Below, one piece after another: positions 50,471 through 60,344 of a stretch of DNA of 64,000 nt. The DNA comes from OCS155 cluster bacterium AG-426-D23 (lineage in GTDB: Bacteria > Actinomycetota > Acidimicrobiia > Actinomarinales > Actinomarinaceae). The stretch spans positions 133,403 to 197,402 of the forward strand of contig QCNO01000001.1 in assembly GCA_003213165.1 (NCBI GenBank). The letters run 5' to 3'. Position numbers and translations under genes: made by a program. The notes beneath the pieces are model-generated. The model was not told the DNA's origin and ran no database searches. It worked only from the letters and a program-made list of their open reading frames with translations. Numbering within the stretch: the stretch's first letter is position 1; every line of letters begins with the position of its first letter.

Positions 50471-51266
50471 GTTACCTGAAGTAGAATCAATTAAACGTTC
50501 GTTATCTTCAAATATTGTTGGTCAGAAATTAAAGAATTATAAAATTTATGATCATAGAACAAATAGATATAATACTAAAAAACCAACAATTAATGAATCT
50601 CTATTAGCAATATCAAGAAAAGGAAAACTTTTAATTTTTGATTTTGAAGATTATTCGATCATCTTTCATTTAGGAATGAGTGGAAGAATCCAAGTAAACG
50701 AAAAAAAGAATAAACATACAAGAGCCCGTTTTTATTTTGACAAAGATAATGTAAATTTTGATGATATTAGAAGATTTGGATTTATAAAAATCATAAAAGC
50801 GGAATTAAAAATTGATTATTTGAATAAAATTGGTCCAGATGTGTTGAAGATTAGTACAAAACAATTAAGAATAATTATTGATAAAAGTAAGAAATCAAAA
50901 TCATTGATAAAAGATTTTATACTTAACCAAAAATATATGAGTGGAATAGGCAACATTTATGCAAACGAAATATTGTTTGCGTCAAAAATTCATCCTGAAA
51001 CAAAAGTAAATGCTTTAAGTAGCAATAATTGGAAAGATTTTTTTAAAAACACAAAAAAAATTATGCAGTTAGCAATTAAAAACAATGGAACAACTTTAAG
51101 TGATATGACTTATTTTTTGCCTTATGGTGAATTTGGTTCAAATCAGAATTTTTTAAAAATATATAGCAAAACAAATTGTTTTAATTGTGAACATATAATT
51201 GATAAAATATACATAAATCAAAGAGCTACATATTTTTGTAGGAAATGTCAAAAATTAAAAAATTAA
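50463..51266 (+). CDS. mutM: Formamidopyrimidine-DNA glycosylase
   Basis: MPELPEVE, HLGMSG, GIGNIYANE, C-terminal Cys4 zinc finger. Confidence 0.95.
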   Translation: MPELPEVESIKRSLSSNIVGQKLKNYKIYDHRTNRYNTKKPTINESLLAISRKGKLLIFDFEDYSIIFHLGMSGRIQVNEKKNKHTRARFYFDKDNVNFDDIRRFGFIKIIKAELKIDYLNKIGPDVLKISTKQLRIIIDKSKKSKSLIKDFILNQKYMSGIGNIYANEILFASKIHPETKVNALSSNNWKDFFKNTKKIMQLAIKNNGTTLSDMTYFLPYGEFGSNQNFLKIYSKTNCFNCEHIIDKIYINQRATYFCRKCQKLKN

Positions 51267-52180
51267 AAGTTTCACTAAATAGAGATGGTTCTCTTGAATC
51301 GACTCACTTTATTAATGTATACAAACATGATCAAAAAGAATATGATTATTTTTTTCCAAGATCAGCAGTGAAACCTTTTCAACTCATTCCTCTTCTTTAT
51401 GAAGCTCAAAATCAAAATTTATTATTAACAAGTGAAGAAATTGCTATATTTTCATCTTCTCATTCTGGTCAAGAAATTCATACAGAATTAATTAAAGCAA
51501 TTGCAAATAAATATGATTTAGATCTTGAAAGGTTAGTTTGTGGAAAACAAAGACCATTTCATGAACTTACCGCTGATAATTTACTTCAAAATAATAAAGA
51601 ATTTACAAAATTACACCATAACTGCTCAGGAAAACACCTTGCTATGCTTTTATTTTCAAAAATTCTTAATGAGGATAACACAATTTATCATACCTTGAAA
51701 AGTAAGACACAATCGATAGTTAAAGAGTTCTTTCAATTTATTTTTTCTGATAATGATATTGGTTTTGGCACAGACGGATGTGGCCTTCCCGCAATACATT
51801 TACGAACTGATAGTTTTTTAAAAGCGGTTAATAAGATAAAAAATACAGAATACTCTAATAATTGGTCTGATATGTTTAATTCTTACCATACAAACCCACT
51901 ACTTATTGGCGGTGAAAATCGAACAGACACAAATATCATTCTCAATTCAAGCAAAACAGTACTAGCTAAATCTGGTGCAGAAGGTGTTCTATTTGTTACA
52001 AACAACGAAGAATCATATTTGTTTAAATGTATTGATGGAAGTAAAAGGGGCGTAGATTTAGCTGCAACTAAATACTTAAAAGAAATAGGAATGGTTAATG
52101 AAAAACCCTTTCAATATTTAAGCAATCTTTATAGTTTAAATACTCAAAACACTAAGGCAGTCACGATAACTGTTTCTTAA
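51245..52180 (+). CDS. L-asparaginase, Rhizobium etli-type (class 3)
   Basis: RSAVKP, SSHSG, NCSGKH, DGCG, AKSGAEG motifs. Confidence 0.85.
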   Translation: MSKIKKLKVSLNRDGSLESTHFINVYKHDQKEYDYFFPRSAVKPFQLIPLLYEAQNQNLLLTSEEIAIFSSSHSGQEIHTELIKAIANKYDLDLERLVCGKQRPFHELTADNLLQNNKEFTKLHHNCSGKHLAMLLFSKILNEDNTIYHTLKSKTQSIVKEFFQFIFSDNDIGFGTDGCGLPAIHLRTDSFLKAVNKIKNTEYSNNWSDMFNSYHTNPLLIGGENRTDTNIILNSSKTVLAKSGAEGVLFVTNNEESYLFKCIDGSKRGVDLAATKYLKEIGMVNEKPFQYLSNLYSLNTQNTKAVTITVS

Positions 52181-52245
52181 ATTTTTTCAATTTAAAGCAT
52201 ATTATTCTATTATTTACTATTATTAAATTAACAACAGGGTAAATA

Positions 52246-54897
52246 ATGTATTTAAAATCTTTAAATATTAATGGCTTTAAGTCATTCTATGAAAAAACTA
52301 CTGTTGACTTTTCAAATAAAGTCAATGTAATTGTTGGACCTAATGGTTCTGGTAAATCCAATGTAGTTGATGCAATTTCTTGGGTATTAGGTACTCAAAG
52401 TCCAGCAACATTAAGAACCAATAAAATGGAAGATGTCATATTTGCTGGTACTGAAAAGTTGTCTAAAAAAGGTTTTGCAGAAGTTTACTTGAATTTTGAA
52501 GTGGATGAAAAATTATTCAATGGAAATTCTGAAATATCTATTGGGAGAAAATTGTTTAGGGATGGTACATCAGAATATTTTATGAACGGATTAAATTGCC
52601 GTTTGTTAGATATTCAAGAATTTTTAAATGATGTTGGAATTGGAAAGCAGCAACATATCATTATTTCCCAGGGGCAAATAGCTGAAATTTTGAATTCTAA
52701 ACCTGAAGATCACAGAACAACCATTGAAGAGGCAGCTGGAATTCTTCCACTAAGAGTTAAGAAAGAAAAATCATTAAAAAGAATTGAATCTGGCGAGAAA
52801 GAAATTAAGAGAGCAAAAGATGTTCTTCGTGAGATTAGAAAACAACTTAAACCTCTTCAAGATCAAGCAGAAAAAGCAAGAATACATGAAGAGAGTACAG
52901 TGCTCTTAAAGAGTAAAGTTATTGAACTGAATGTTATGATGTTCAGAAAATTTGATGATAAATATAAAAGTTTTGCAATTGAAGAAAATTTCTTAGATCA
53001 AAATCTTGCAGATATTGATAAAAAAATAAATACATTAAAAGACCAAAAAGGTCAGATAAATAACGAACTTGGCGATGGATACTCAATAGGTTCAACATTT
53101 AAAGATTATTCTGGAAAATTTATAAATCTATCTGAGCAACTTAGGTCTTTAGCTCAAGTTGCAAATGAGAGAAAAGATAATTTAGAACGTGAAGAGATTA
53201 AAGCTTCCGAAGAGCTTTATAAAACTATTAATAAAATAAATGAAAATAATAATCAAATATCAATGCTCACCTCTCAGTTGATGGATAAAAAGCAGAGTTT
53301 AACTAATTTAGAAAATCAAAATGAAGACATAAAATATCAAATAGAAGAGATTATTAAAAAACTATCTGCTTCTACAGAGGTAAATGAAGCAGTATTAGAA
53401 AGTGAAATCAAACAAATTAGACAATCAATTGATATTACCAATAAAGATTTACAACTTTTTGAAACAGAATTTTCAAAGTGGGAAGAAGATCTACAAATTT
53501 CAGAGTCTTTGTTAAATGATTTAAACATAAAATTAGAATCGTATCAAATTCCAAAAGATGTAGTTGAAGAATTTCCGGCTTATACGAAAAAAATAATAAA
53601 AAGAGAATTAGACATTAATAAAAATAATATTATCAAAATTAATTCGGATTCTGAAAATTTAAATTCTGAACTACTCAAGAAAGAAGAGCTCCTTTCAAAT
53701 ATTTTTCATAAAGAAGAATTTAAATCTGATGTAAACAAACAAAAAGATGAGCTAGAAAATAAACTTAAACAATTAGAACAAGATATAAATCTTATTAGTA
53801 ATCAACTTATTACATCTCAAGAAAGAATAAAAAATCTTTCTAATCAGAATACTGAATTAAATATTGTAAAAAAGAATCTTGAGGGAATTGATAAATTACA
53901 TCAGAAGTCACAGTTATCTGAAATAATCAATTCTGCAAAAACTTTTATAGAGTTTACAAACTCAACTTCTAATAAATTAGAAATAGAATCTGAAAAATTT
54001 GACCAGAAATATGGAAATTCTAATAAGAAAATTGAAAGAATAGATGAACAAATTGAAAATTTAAATAATGAGCTTTTCAATACAAAAGATAAGTTAACCA
54101 ATGTAGCAATCAAAAAATCTGAAACGGAAATTTCTAAGGCCAATCATTACTCTAATTTAGTAAATATATATGGTTTGAATATTGATGAAATTAATCAATA
54201 TGAAATTATTGCTGCAAATCAAAGTGAATTAGAAAATGAAATTAAACTTCTTGAAAAAAAGTTAGAAGAGATAGGTACTGTCAATTACCTAGCAAAAGAA
54301 GATTTCGATTCTTTAAATCTCAGATATGAAGAAATACAGTCTACCATCGATGATTTACAGCTTTCAAAAAAAGAGTTGTTGTTAAACATTAAAGAAGTAG
54401 AAACTGAAATAGAATTCAGAATAGAATCATCATTTAATTCTATATCTGTACATTTTTCTGAAATATTTGAAACATTATTTCCAGGGGGTAAAGGGTCACT
54501 TTCCTTCACTAATAAAACAAATATTTTAGAGACTGGCATAGAGATATCAGTACAACCAAGAGGCAAGAAAGTCAAAAAACTTTCATTATTATCTGGTGGA
54601 GAGAGATCATTGGCTGCAATTGCATTTCTATTTTCAATATTTAAATCCTTCCCAAGTCCATTTTATATTTTAGATGAAGTTGAAGCAGCTCTTGATGATG
54701 CAAATCTTCACAGAATGATTAATTTGCTCGATAAAATAAAAGAAGATGCACAATACATAATCGTTACACATCAACAACAAACCATGCATGCTGGAGATGT
54801 ATTATACGGTGTCACTATGGAGCCAGGTTCTGGATCTAGAGTGTTCACAAAGACAAAAGAAGATTTTGAAAGTTTAATAGGTACTAATGAAAAATAG
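52246..54897 (+). CDS. smc: Chromosome segregation protein SMC, short form with no recognisable hinge
   Basis: GFKSF, GPNGSGKSN, SQG Q-loop, LSGGE, LDEVEAALD, IVTH; long coiled coils; downstream of rnc-mutM. Confidence 0.88.
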   Translation: MYLKSLNINGFKSFYEKTTVDFSNKVNVIVGPNGSGKSNVVDAISWVLGTQSPATLRTNKMEDVIFAGTEKLSKKGFAEVYLNFEVDEKLFNGNSEISIGRKLFRDGTSEYFMNGLNCRLLDIQEFLNDVGIGKQQHIIISQGQIAEILNSKPEDHRTTIEEAAGILPLRVKKEKSLKRIESGEKEIKRAKDVLREIRKQLKPLQDQAEKARIHEESTVLLKSKVIELNVMMFRKFDDKYKSFAIEENFLDQNLADIDKKINTLKDQKGQINNELGDGYSIGSTFKDYSGKFINLSEQLRSLAQVANERKDNLEREEIKASEELYKTINKINENNNQISMLTSQLMDKKQSLTNLENQNEDIKYQIEEIIKKLSASTEVNEAVLESEIKQIRQSIDITNKDLQLFETEFSKWEEDLQISESLLNDLNIKLESYQIPKDVVEEFPAYTKKIIKRELDINKNNIIKINSDSENLNSELLKKEELLSNIFHKEEFKSDVNKQKDELENKLKQLEQDINLISNQLITSQERIKNLSNQNTELNIVKKNLEGIDKLHQKSQLSEIINSAKTFIEFTNSTSNKLEIESEKFDQKYGNSNKKIERIDEQIENLNNELFNTKDKLTNVAIKKSETEISKANHYSNLVNIYGLNIDEINQYEIIAANQSELENEIKLLEKKLEEIGTVNYLAKEDFDSLNLRYEEIQSTIDDLQLSKKELLLNIKEVETEIEFRIESSFNSISVHFSEIFETLFPGGKGSLSFTNKTNILETGIEISVQPRGKKVKKLSLLSGGERSLAAIAFLFSIFKSFPSPFYILDEVEAALDDANLHRMINLLDKIKEDAQYIIVTHQQQTMHAGDVLYGVTMEPGSGSRVFTKTKEDFESLIGTNEK

Positions 54898-55270
54898 CGA
54901 CTTAGCTGATTTAGCTAGAAATATTGCAGAAAAAGCATATGCACCATATTCAAATTTTAGAGTTGGTGCAGCACTGATTACCGATTCTGGAAATATATAT
55001 ACTGGTTGCAATATTGAAAATGCATCATATCCAGCAACAGTTTGTGCGGAAGATGTTGCAGTTGTTAAAGCTATATCAGAAGGTGAAAAGAGTATTGAAA
55101 CAATTGCGGTTGCATGTATTGATGCCGAATCAGACACTGCAATATTTCCATGTGGAATTTCACGTCAGAGATTAGCTGAATTTGACACAAAGAACGTAAT
55201 TGTTGTTGATAAAGATGGTTATAAAGAATATACCTTTGACGAAATACTTCCTTATAATTTTAAATTTTAA
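54887..55270 (+). CDS. cdd: Cytidine deaminase (one Zn-ligand Cys replaced by Ser)
   Basis: AYAPYSNFRVGAA, GCNIENASY, CAE, PCGISRQ, LPY.F motifs. Confidence 0.88.
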   Translation: MKNSDLADLARNIAEKAYAPYSNFRVGAALITDSGNIYTGCNIENASYPATVCAEDVAVVKAISEGEKSIETIAVACIDAESDTAIFPCGISRQRLAEFDTKNVIVVDKDGYKEYTFDEILPYNFKF

Positions 55271-56184
55271 AGGTTTTGATTAATTTTAGGAATAACACTT
55301 AAAGTATCACCAACAATACCTAAATCAGCTAATTGAAATATTGGTGCCTCTTCATCTTTGTTAATTGCAATTATGAATTTTGAATCTTTCATCCCCACCT
55401 GGTGTTGCGTAGCTCCAGATATTCCACAGGCAATGTAAACATCCGGTTTCACTGTTTTACCTGTTTGACCTACTTGCTGTGAATATGGCATCCATCCTGC
55501 ATCTACTATTGCTCTAGTTCCTCCAATAGCTGCGTTTAATTTTGATGCTAATTCTTCAACAATAACTAAATTTTCTTTATCTACCATTCCTCTTCCAGCT
55601 GAAATCACCACTTTTGAATCTTCCAATTGCGGTCCAGTTTTTTCCTCTTTATAAATGTCAAAAATAGCAACATCAGAATTTTCTACATCAATAGTTTCAA
55701 AATTATCATTTAATTCAACATCAGCGGGTTCAAAAGATTTTGGTCTTACTAATAAAAGCGAATGATTAGATGCAATCTTTGATTTATATAAACTTTCACC
55801 GCCATTTATGGAATTGATTGTTGAAACAGCATCTCCATTAATTTCAAAATCGATAACATTTGATACAGGACTTGAATTTAAGTCTACAGAGATAAAAGAA
55901 ATCAGATCTCTACAAAGATATGTGGATGACCCTAAGATCAGATTTATACCTTCATCATTAACAATTTTTGTAATCAAATCTGTTACGTTACCAAATTGTA
56001 AAGATTCACTACTCCTTTTGATATAAGTTTGCTTAAAAGATTCGGAACCAATTTTTGGAGCATCACTACTTCCTATTGTTATAACTTGAAAATCAAGATT
56101 TTCGTCTTGTGCTTTTTTAATTATTTCTAATGTCCCACTACTTAGTGTTTCATTTAAAATTTCACCCAATATTAAAGTTTTCAT
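55267..56184 (-). CDS. etfA: Electron transfer flavoprotein alpha subunit
   Basis: QVGQTGKTV.P, GISGATQH, AINKD..APIF motifs. Confidence 0.95.
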   Translation of the reverse strand: MKTLILGEILNETLSSGTLEIIKKAQDENLDFQVITIGSSDAPKIGSESFKQTYIKRSSESLQFGNVTDLITKIVNDEGINLILGSSTYLCRDLISFISVDLNSSPVSNVIDFEINGDAVSTINSINGGESLYKSKIASNHSLLLVRPKSFEPADVELNDNFETIDVENSDVAIFDIYKEEKTGPQLEDSKVVISAGRGMVDKENLVIVEELASKLNAAIGGTRAIVDAGWMPYSQQVGQTGKTVKPDVYIACGISGATQHQVGMKDSKFIIAINKDEEAPIFQLADLGIVGDTLSVIPKINQNL

Positions 56185-56930
56185 ATAACTTTTAACTCCT
56201 TAAGTTTGTCCACAATAATTTGGAAGGCTTCACCTTCATCAGTAATTTTTTCACCATTTTTTGAATTTTCAAGTGCTTCAATGCTCATAAATTCTAAGTT
56301 CTGTTCGGTCGTGATGTTTAGTGTGCTTAACTCGACTTTTTCTATTGGTTTAGACTTTGCAGCCATAATATCTTTAAAATTTGGATATCTAGGTTCTACA
56401 CCTCCAGCAGTTACTGATATAACACAATTTTGTGGCATTTTTACTTTTTCGGATCCCTCTGATGTTTGCCTAGTAAGTGATACATCGTCACCAATTTCTA
56501 TGGCTTTAACATAAGATATACAATTTAAGTTCAAAAATCTTGAAACTTGCTGCGGAACCGTTCCTGAATAACCATCAGTAGATTCGGTACCAAAAATAAC
56601 AATATCTGCGTTGGTTGTTTTTGCGAGTTCACTTAAAACATTAGCTGTCATTAAAGAATTAGCACCTTTTAAAGAGTCATCATCTACATATAAAGCTTTG
56701 TCTGCACCCATCTGTAATGCTTGTTGCAAGCCTTTCATAGTTCCTGCGGGACCCATAGAAATAATCGTAACTTCAGCATCAAACTTTTCTTTTAACTGAA
56801 GTGCTACCTCAATACCATACCTGTCAGTATCATCTAAAACTTGTTCTTCAGGCCTGACGATAATCCCGTTATCATATGATGTCTCGTTTGCTGGATCCGG
56901 AATCTGTTTAGCGCATACAGTGATATTCAT
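56181..56930 (-). CDS. etfB: Electron transfer flavoprotein beta subunit
   Basis: KQIPD, MGAD, G.ESTDG, EPRYP motifs. Confidence 0.95.
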   Translation of the reverse strand: MNITVCAKQIPDPANETSYDNGIIVRPEEQVLDDTDRYGIEVALQLKEKFDAEVTIISMGPAGTMKGLQQALQMGADKALYVDDDSLKGANSLMTANVLSELAKTTNADIVIFGTESTDGYSGTVPQQVSRFLNLNCISYVKAIEIGDDVSLTRQTSEGSEKVKMPQNCVISVTAGGVEPRYPNFKDIMAAKSKPIEKVELSTLNITTEQNLEFMSIEALENSKNGEKITDEGEAFQIIVDKLKELKVI

Positions 56931-56950
56931 AGATTTTATATTAATTAGAA

Positions 56951-57778
56951 TTAATTATTACTGATATTTATTTCAGACAAAAATTCTTGCATAAAGTTCT
57001 GAAGTTTTACTTTAGATTCTTCAGCAATTTCAATTACTTCATTGTGATCTAAAGGATTCTCGCTTATTCCAGCTGCTAAATTTGTAACTAATGAAAAAGC
57101 TACAGTTTTTATACCTGCATGCTTGGCTACAATTGCTTCAGGAACAGTTGACATTCCAACTAAATCAGCTCCAATATTCTTAGCAAAATTTACCTCCGCA
57201 GGTGTTTCATAAGAAGGACCAGTAAACCAAGCATATACACCTGTTTTAAACTCAAAATGATTTTCAGCTACTTTTTCTGCTAGCGTCAACAATTCAGAAT
57301 TGTAAACGTTAGACATATCTGGAAATCTTGGTCCAAATTCTTCTAAGTTTTTACCAATTAATGGATTATCACCAGTTAAATTAATATGGTCAGTAATCGC
57401 AACAATATCACCAGGAGTATATTTTGAAGAAATTCCTCCAGCGGCATTTGTAAGAATTAGAGTTTTTGCTCCAAGCGATATAAATGTTCTTATTGGTATC
57501 ACTAATTCCTGAATAGGATAACCTTCATAAAAATGTGCACGACCAGAAAGAATTGCAGTTATTTTTCCCTCAATATCTACAATACTTAATTTCCCAGAGT
57601 GACCATCGATAGAAGGTTGTAAAAAATTTGGTATTTCAGAATAATTTAACTGATATAAGTGTTTGTAGTTTTCTTCAAAACCACTCATTCCAGATCCTAA
57701 TACAATCACAGATTCTATAGTTTTTCCTTCAATGATTTCTGAGATGAAGGCTTTAGACTGTGTTATTTTTTCAATCAT
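56951..57778 (-). CDS. punA: Purine-nucleoside phosphorylase (trimeric type)
   Basis: VLGSG, GR.HFYEG, TNAAGG, GPSYETPAE, GMSTVPE motifs. Confidence 0.93.
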   Translation of the reverse strand: MIEKITQSKAFISEIIEGKTIESVIVLGSGMSGFEENYKHLYQLNYSEIPNFLQPSIDGHSGKLSIVDIEGKITAILSGRAHFYEGYPIQELVIPIRTFISLGAKTLILTNAAGGISSKYTPGDIVAITDHINLTGDNPLIGKNLEEFGPRFPDMSNVYNSELLTLAEKVAENHFEFKTGVYAWFTGPSYETPAEVNFAKNIGADLVGMSTVPEAIVAKHAGIKTVAFSLVTNLAAGISENPLDHNEVIEIAEESKVKLQNFMQEFLSEINISNN

Positions 57779-57797
57779 TTGATATTAGGTTAATAAG

Positions 57798-58949
57798 TTA
57801 AATTTGATTTAAAAAGCTTTTGCCTGGAAATATATTACTTAATTCAAAAAAATCACATATCGTTGAAGCTACATTATAAAAACCATCAAGATCACCAATA
57901 TATTCACTTTTACCATTTTTTTTATAAGCAACCATCGGAACATATTCTCTTGAATGGTCTGTTTTACCGTCTGTTGGATCTGTACCATGATCACCTGTAA
58001 ATATTATTAGATCGTTTTCACTCATTACATCTAAAATTCCTTGAATTTTTCTATCTATTAGTTTTAATCCCTCGTAATACCCTTTTGGGTCTTCTCTATG
58101 ACCGTACAGCATATCTAAATCAACTAAATTAACAAATACAAAATCATGACTACCATTTTTTGCTTCATCATGAAGGTATTCAAGTCCATTTGAGTCACCC
58201 TCAGTATGTACAGCAGTCGTTAAATACATTTCTCCAAATAAATCACTGATTTTACCAATTCCATAAGTAGAAAGATTATTTTTAAATAAATAACTAAGAA
58301 TTGTTTCGCCTGGGGGATTCATGCCAAAATCTTTTCTATCATAAGTTCTGAAAAAATTGCCATATGTTCCAACAAATGGTCTAGCTATTACTCTTCCGAT
58401 ATTGTATTCATCACAATATTTTCTTGAAATCTCGCATATTTTGTAAAGTTTCTCAACAGAACAAATTTTTTCATGAGCAGCAATTTGAAAAACTGAATCA
58501 CCAGAAGTATACAATATTAATTTTCCTGATGATAGATGTTCTTTTCCAAGTTCATTTAATATTTCAGTACCAGATGCATGTTTATTACCTATAAATTCAA
58601 TATTTGCTTCTTTTTGAATTGAGTGAATTAAATCCTGAGGAAATCCCTTGGGATAAGTTGAAAAATCTTTTTTGGTGATCAAACCTGCAAGCTCCCAATG
58701 TCCAGTAGTAGAATCATTTCCGATCGACTTTTCCGATAATCTTCCGACTGTTGCAATATGGTTAGAATTCATATTTTTAACTTTTGTAATTTTTCCAAAA
58801 CCTAGCTTTTCCATAGTTGGTAAATTGACACCACCAACAGCATTTGCAACATTTGAGAGAGTATTTGCTCCTAAATCACCATATTTATCCGCATCAGGAG
58901 CTTCACCAACACCTAATGAATCAATAACTACAAGAAAACATCTTTTCAT
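57798..58949 (-). CDS. deoB: Phosphopentomutase
   Basis: DSLGVG, TGHWE, ASGTEI, RVIARPF, D..YGHR, DHG.DP, HSRE motifs. Confidence 0.95.
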   Translation of the reverse strand: MKRCFLVVIDSLGVGEAPDADKYGDLGANTLSNVANAVGGVNLPTMEKLGFGKITKVKNMNSNHIATVGRLSEKSIGNDSTTGHWELAGLITKKDFSTYPKGFPQDLIHSIQKEANIEFIGNKHASGTEILNELGKEHLSSGKLILYTSGDSVFQIAAHEKICSVEKLYKICEISRKYCDEYNIGRVIARPFVGTYGNFFRTYDRKDFGMNPPGETILSYLFKNNLSTYGIGKISDLFGEMYLTTAVHTEGDSNGLEYLHDEAKNGSHDFVFVNLVDLDMLYGHREDPKGYYEGLKLIDRKIQGILDVMSENDLIIFTGDHGTDPTDGKTDHSREYVPMVAYKKNGKSEYIGDLDGFYNVASTICDFFELSNIFPGKSFLNQI

Positions 58950-59569
58950 TAAGTTGTACCAAAAAGCCTATCTCCCATATCTCCAAGGCCTGGAACTATA
59001 TACCAACTTTCGTTTAATTTTTCGTCAATATTACCTGTTATTAATGTAACATCTGGATGCTCTTTTTCTAATCGTTGAATACCTTCAGGGGCAGAAATAA
59101 CAGTTAGAGCAATAATATCTTTTGGTTTTTGTTCCTTCACTTTATTAATAGCAAAAGATAGAGAACCACCAGTGGCAAGCATGGGTTCTAATATAAAAAC
59201 GTTTTTGTTATTTAAATCAGGTAAATTTTCATAATAATATTCAGGTTCTGCAGTTTCTTCATTTCTTTGAACACCAATATAACCAAATGAAACATTTGGT
59301 AAAAGCTCTTTAACACCATCAATTAAACCAAGTCCTGCTCTCAGAACTGAAATTGCAACACTGTCGTTTTCTACTTCATAACCCTTAGTATCTACTAATG
59401 GCGTAGTTATATTTTTTTCTTTCAAAGAAATATTTTTAGTACCCTCAATAAAAAGTAAATATGAAAGCTTGGTTGCATATGATCTAAATTCTTCACTGTT
59501 TGTATTTTCATTTCTAAGTATTGTTAAATAGTGGGATTTAAGTGGGTGAGATAATTCAATTACTTGCAT
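58949..59569 (-). CDS. upp: Uracil phosphoribosyltransferase
   Basis: LRAG, RNEET, PMLATGGS, YIVPGLGD.GDRLFGT motifs. Confidence 0.96.
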   Translation of the reverse strand: MQVIELSHPLKSHYLTILRNENTNSEEFRSYATKLSYLLFIEGTKNISLKEKNITTPLVDTKGYEVENDSVAISVLRAGLGLIDGVKELLPNVSFGYIGVQRNEETAEPEYYYENLPDLNNKNVFILEPMLATGGSLSFAINKVKEQKPKDIIALTVISAPEGIQRLEKEHPDVTLITGNIDEKLNESWYIVPGLGDMGDRLFGTT

Positions 59570-59696
59570 TAAAAATCAGGTTAGCAAAACATTAAATCTT
59601 TTCTAGTTATTTTTATTAAGAAGTTAATCTAATAAAAGTACATTTTATGATTTACTTAATGTAATATAATGTATTGCTATTTAAAAAAGGAAATTA

Positions 59697-60089
59697 ATGC
59701 CTGTAAAAATAAGACTTGCTCAAAGAGGTAAGAAAAAGAATAGAACATACAGAGTAGTTGTTGCTGATTCTCGCTCACCAAGAGATGGAAAGTTTATTGA
59801 AGACTTGGGTTACTATGATCCACATCATAACCCTTCAAAAGTTGATATAAATGTCGACAAAGCTGTGTCATGGTTAGACAAGGGAGCTCAGCCATCAGAG
59901 CGTGCACAAAAATTGTTAGAAATTTCTGGGGCATGGGCTCAGTGGCGATCATCAAAGGGAGAGGTTGTTTCTATTCCTACTCCGCCTGCAGAAAAAGTTA
60001 AAAGTAGTTCAAAGGCAAATAAAAAGAAAGAAGAAGCTACTCAAGAAGAAACTTCTGAAGAATCTTCAGAAGAAACAGAAGAGGAATAA
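59697..60089 (+). CDS. rpsP: 30S ribosomal protein S16 (with acidic C-tail)
   Basis: VKIRL..G.K....YRVVVADSRSPRDG.FIE.LG.Y. Confidence 0.97.
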   Translation: MPVKIRLAQRGKKKNRTYRVVVADSRSPRDGKFIEDLGYYDPHHNPSKVDINVDKAVSWLDKGAQPSERAQKLLEISGAWAQWRSSKGEVVSIPTPPAEKVKSSSKANKKKEEATQEETSEESSEETEEE

Positions 60090-60092
60090 TTT

Positions 60093-60344
60093 ATGGCCGC
60101 AGGTTCAATTGTAAAAAATGTAGTTGAATATATTGTTACTCAAATTGTTGAAGACACGAAGTCTGTAAAAGTTGATATTGCAGATTCAGATGATGAAAAT
60201 GTAACAATTGAAGTTAGAACTTCTCCAGATGATATGGGGAGAGTTATTGGTAAAAGAGGAAGAGTTGCCAGAGCGATTCGTACAGTAGCTCAAGCAGCAG
60301 CAGATGAAGAAGGTCTTCAATCTAGCGTAGAATTTATTGACTAA
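60093..60344 (+). CDS. khpA: KH-domain RNA-binding protein KhpA
   Basis: DMGRVIGKRGR.A.AIR; located between rpsP and rimM. Confidence 0.92.
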   Translation: MAAGSIVKNVVEYIVTQIVEDTKSVKVDIADSDDENVTIEVRTSPDDMGRVIGKRGRVARAIRTVAQAAADEEGLQSSVEFID

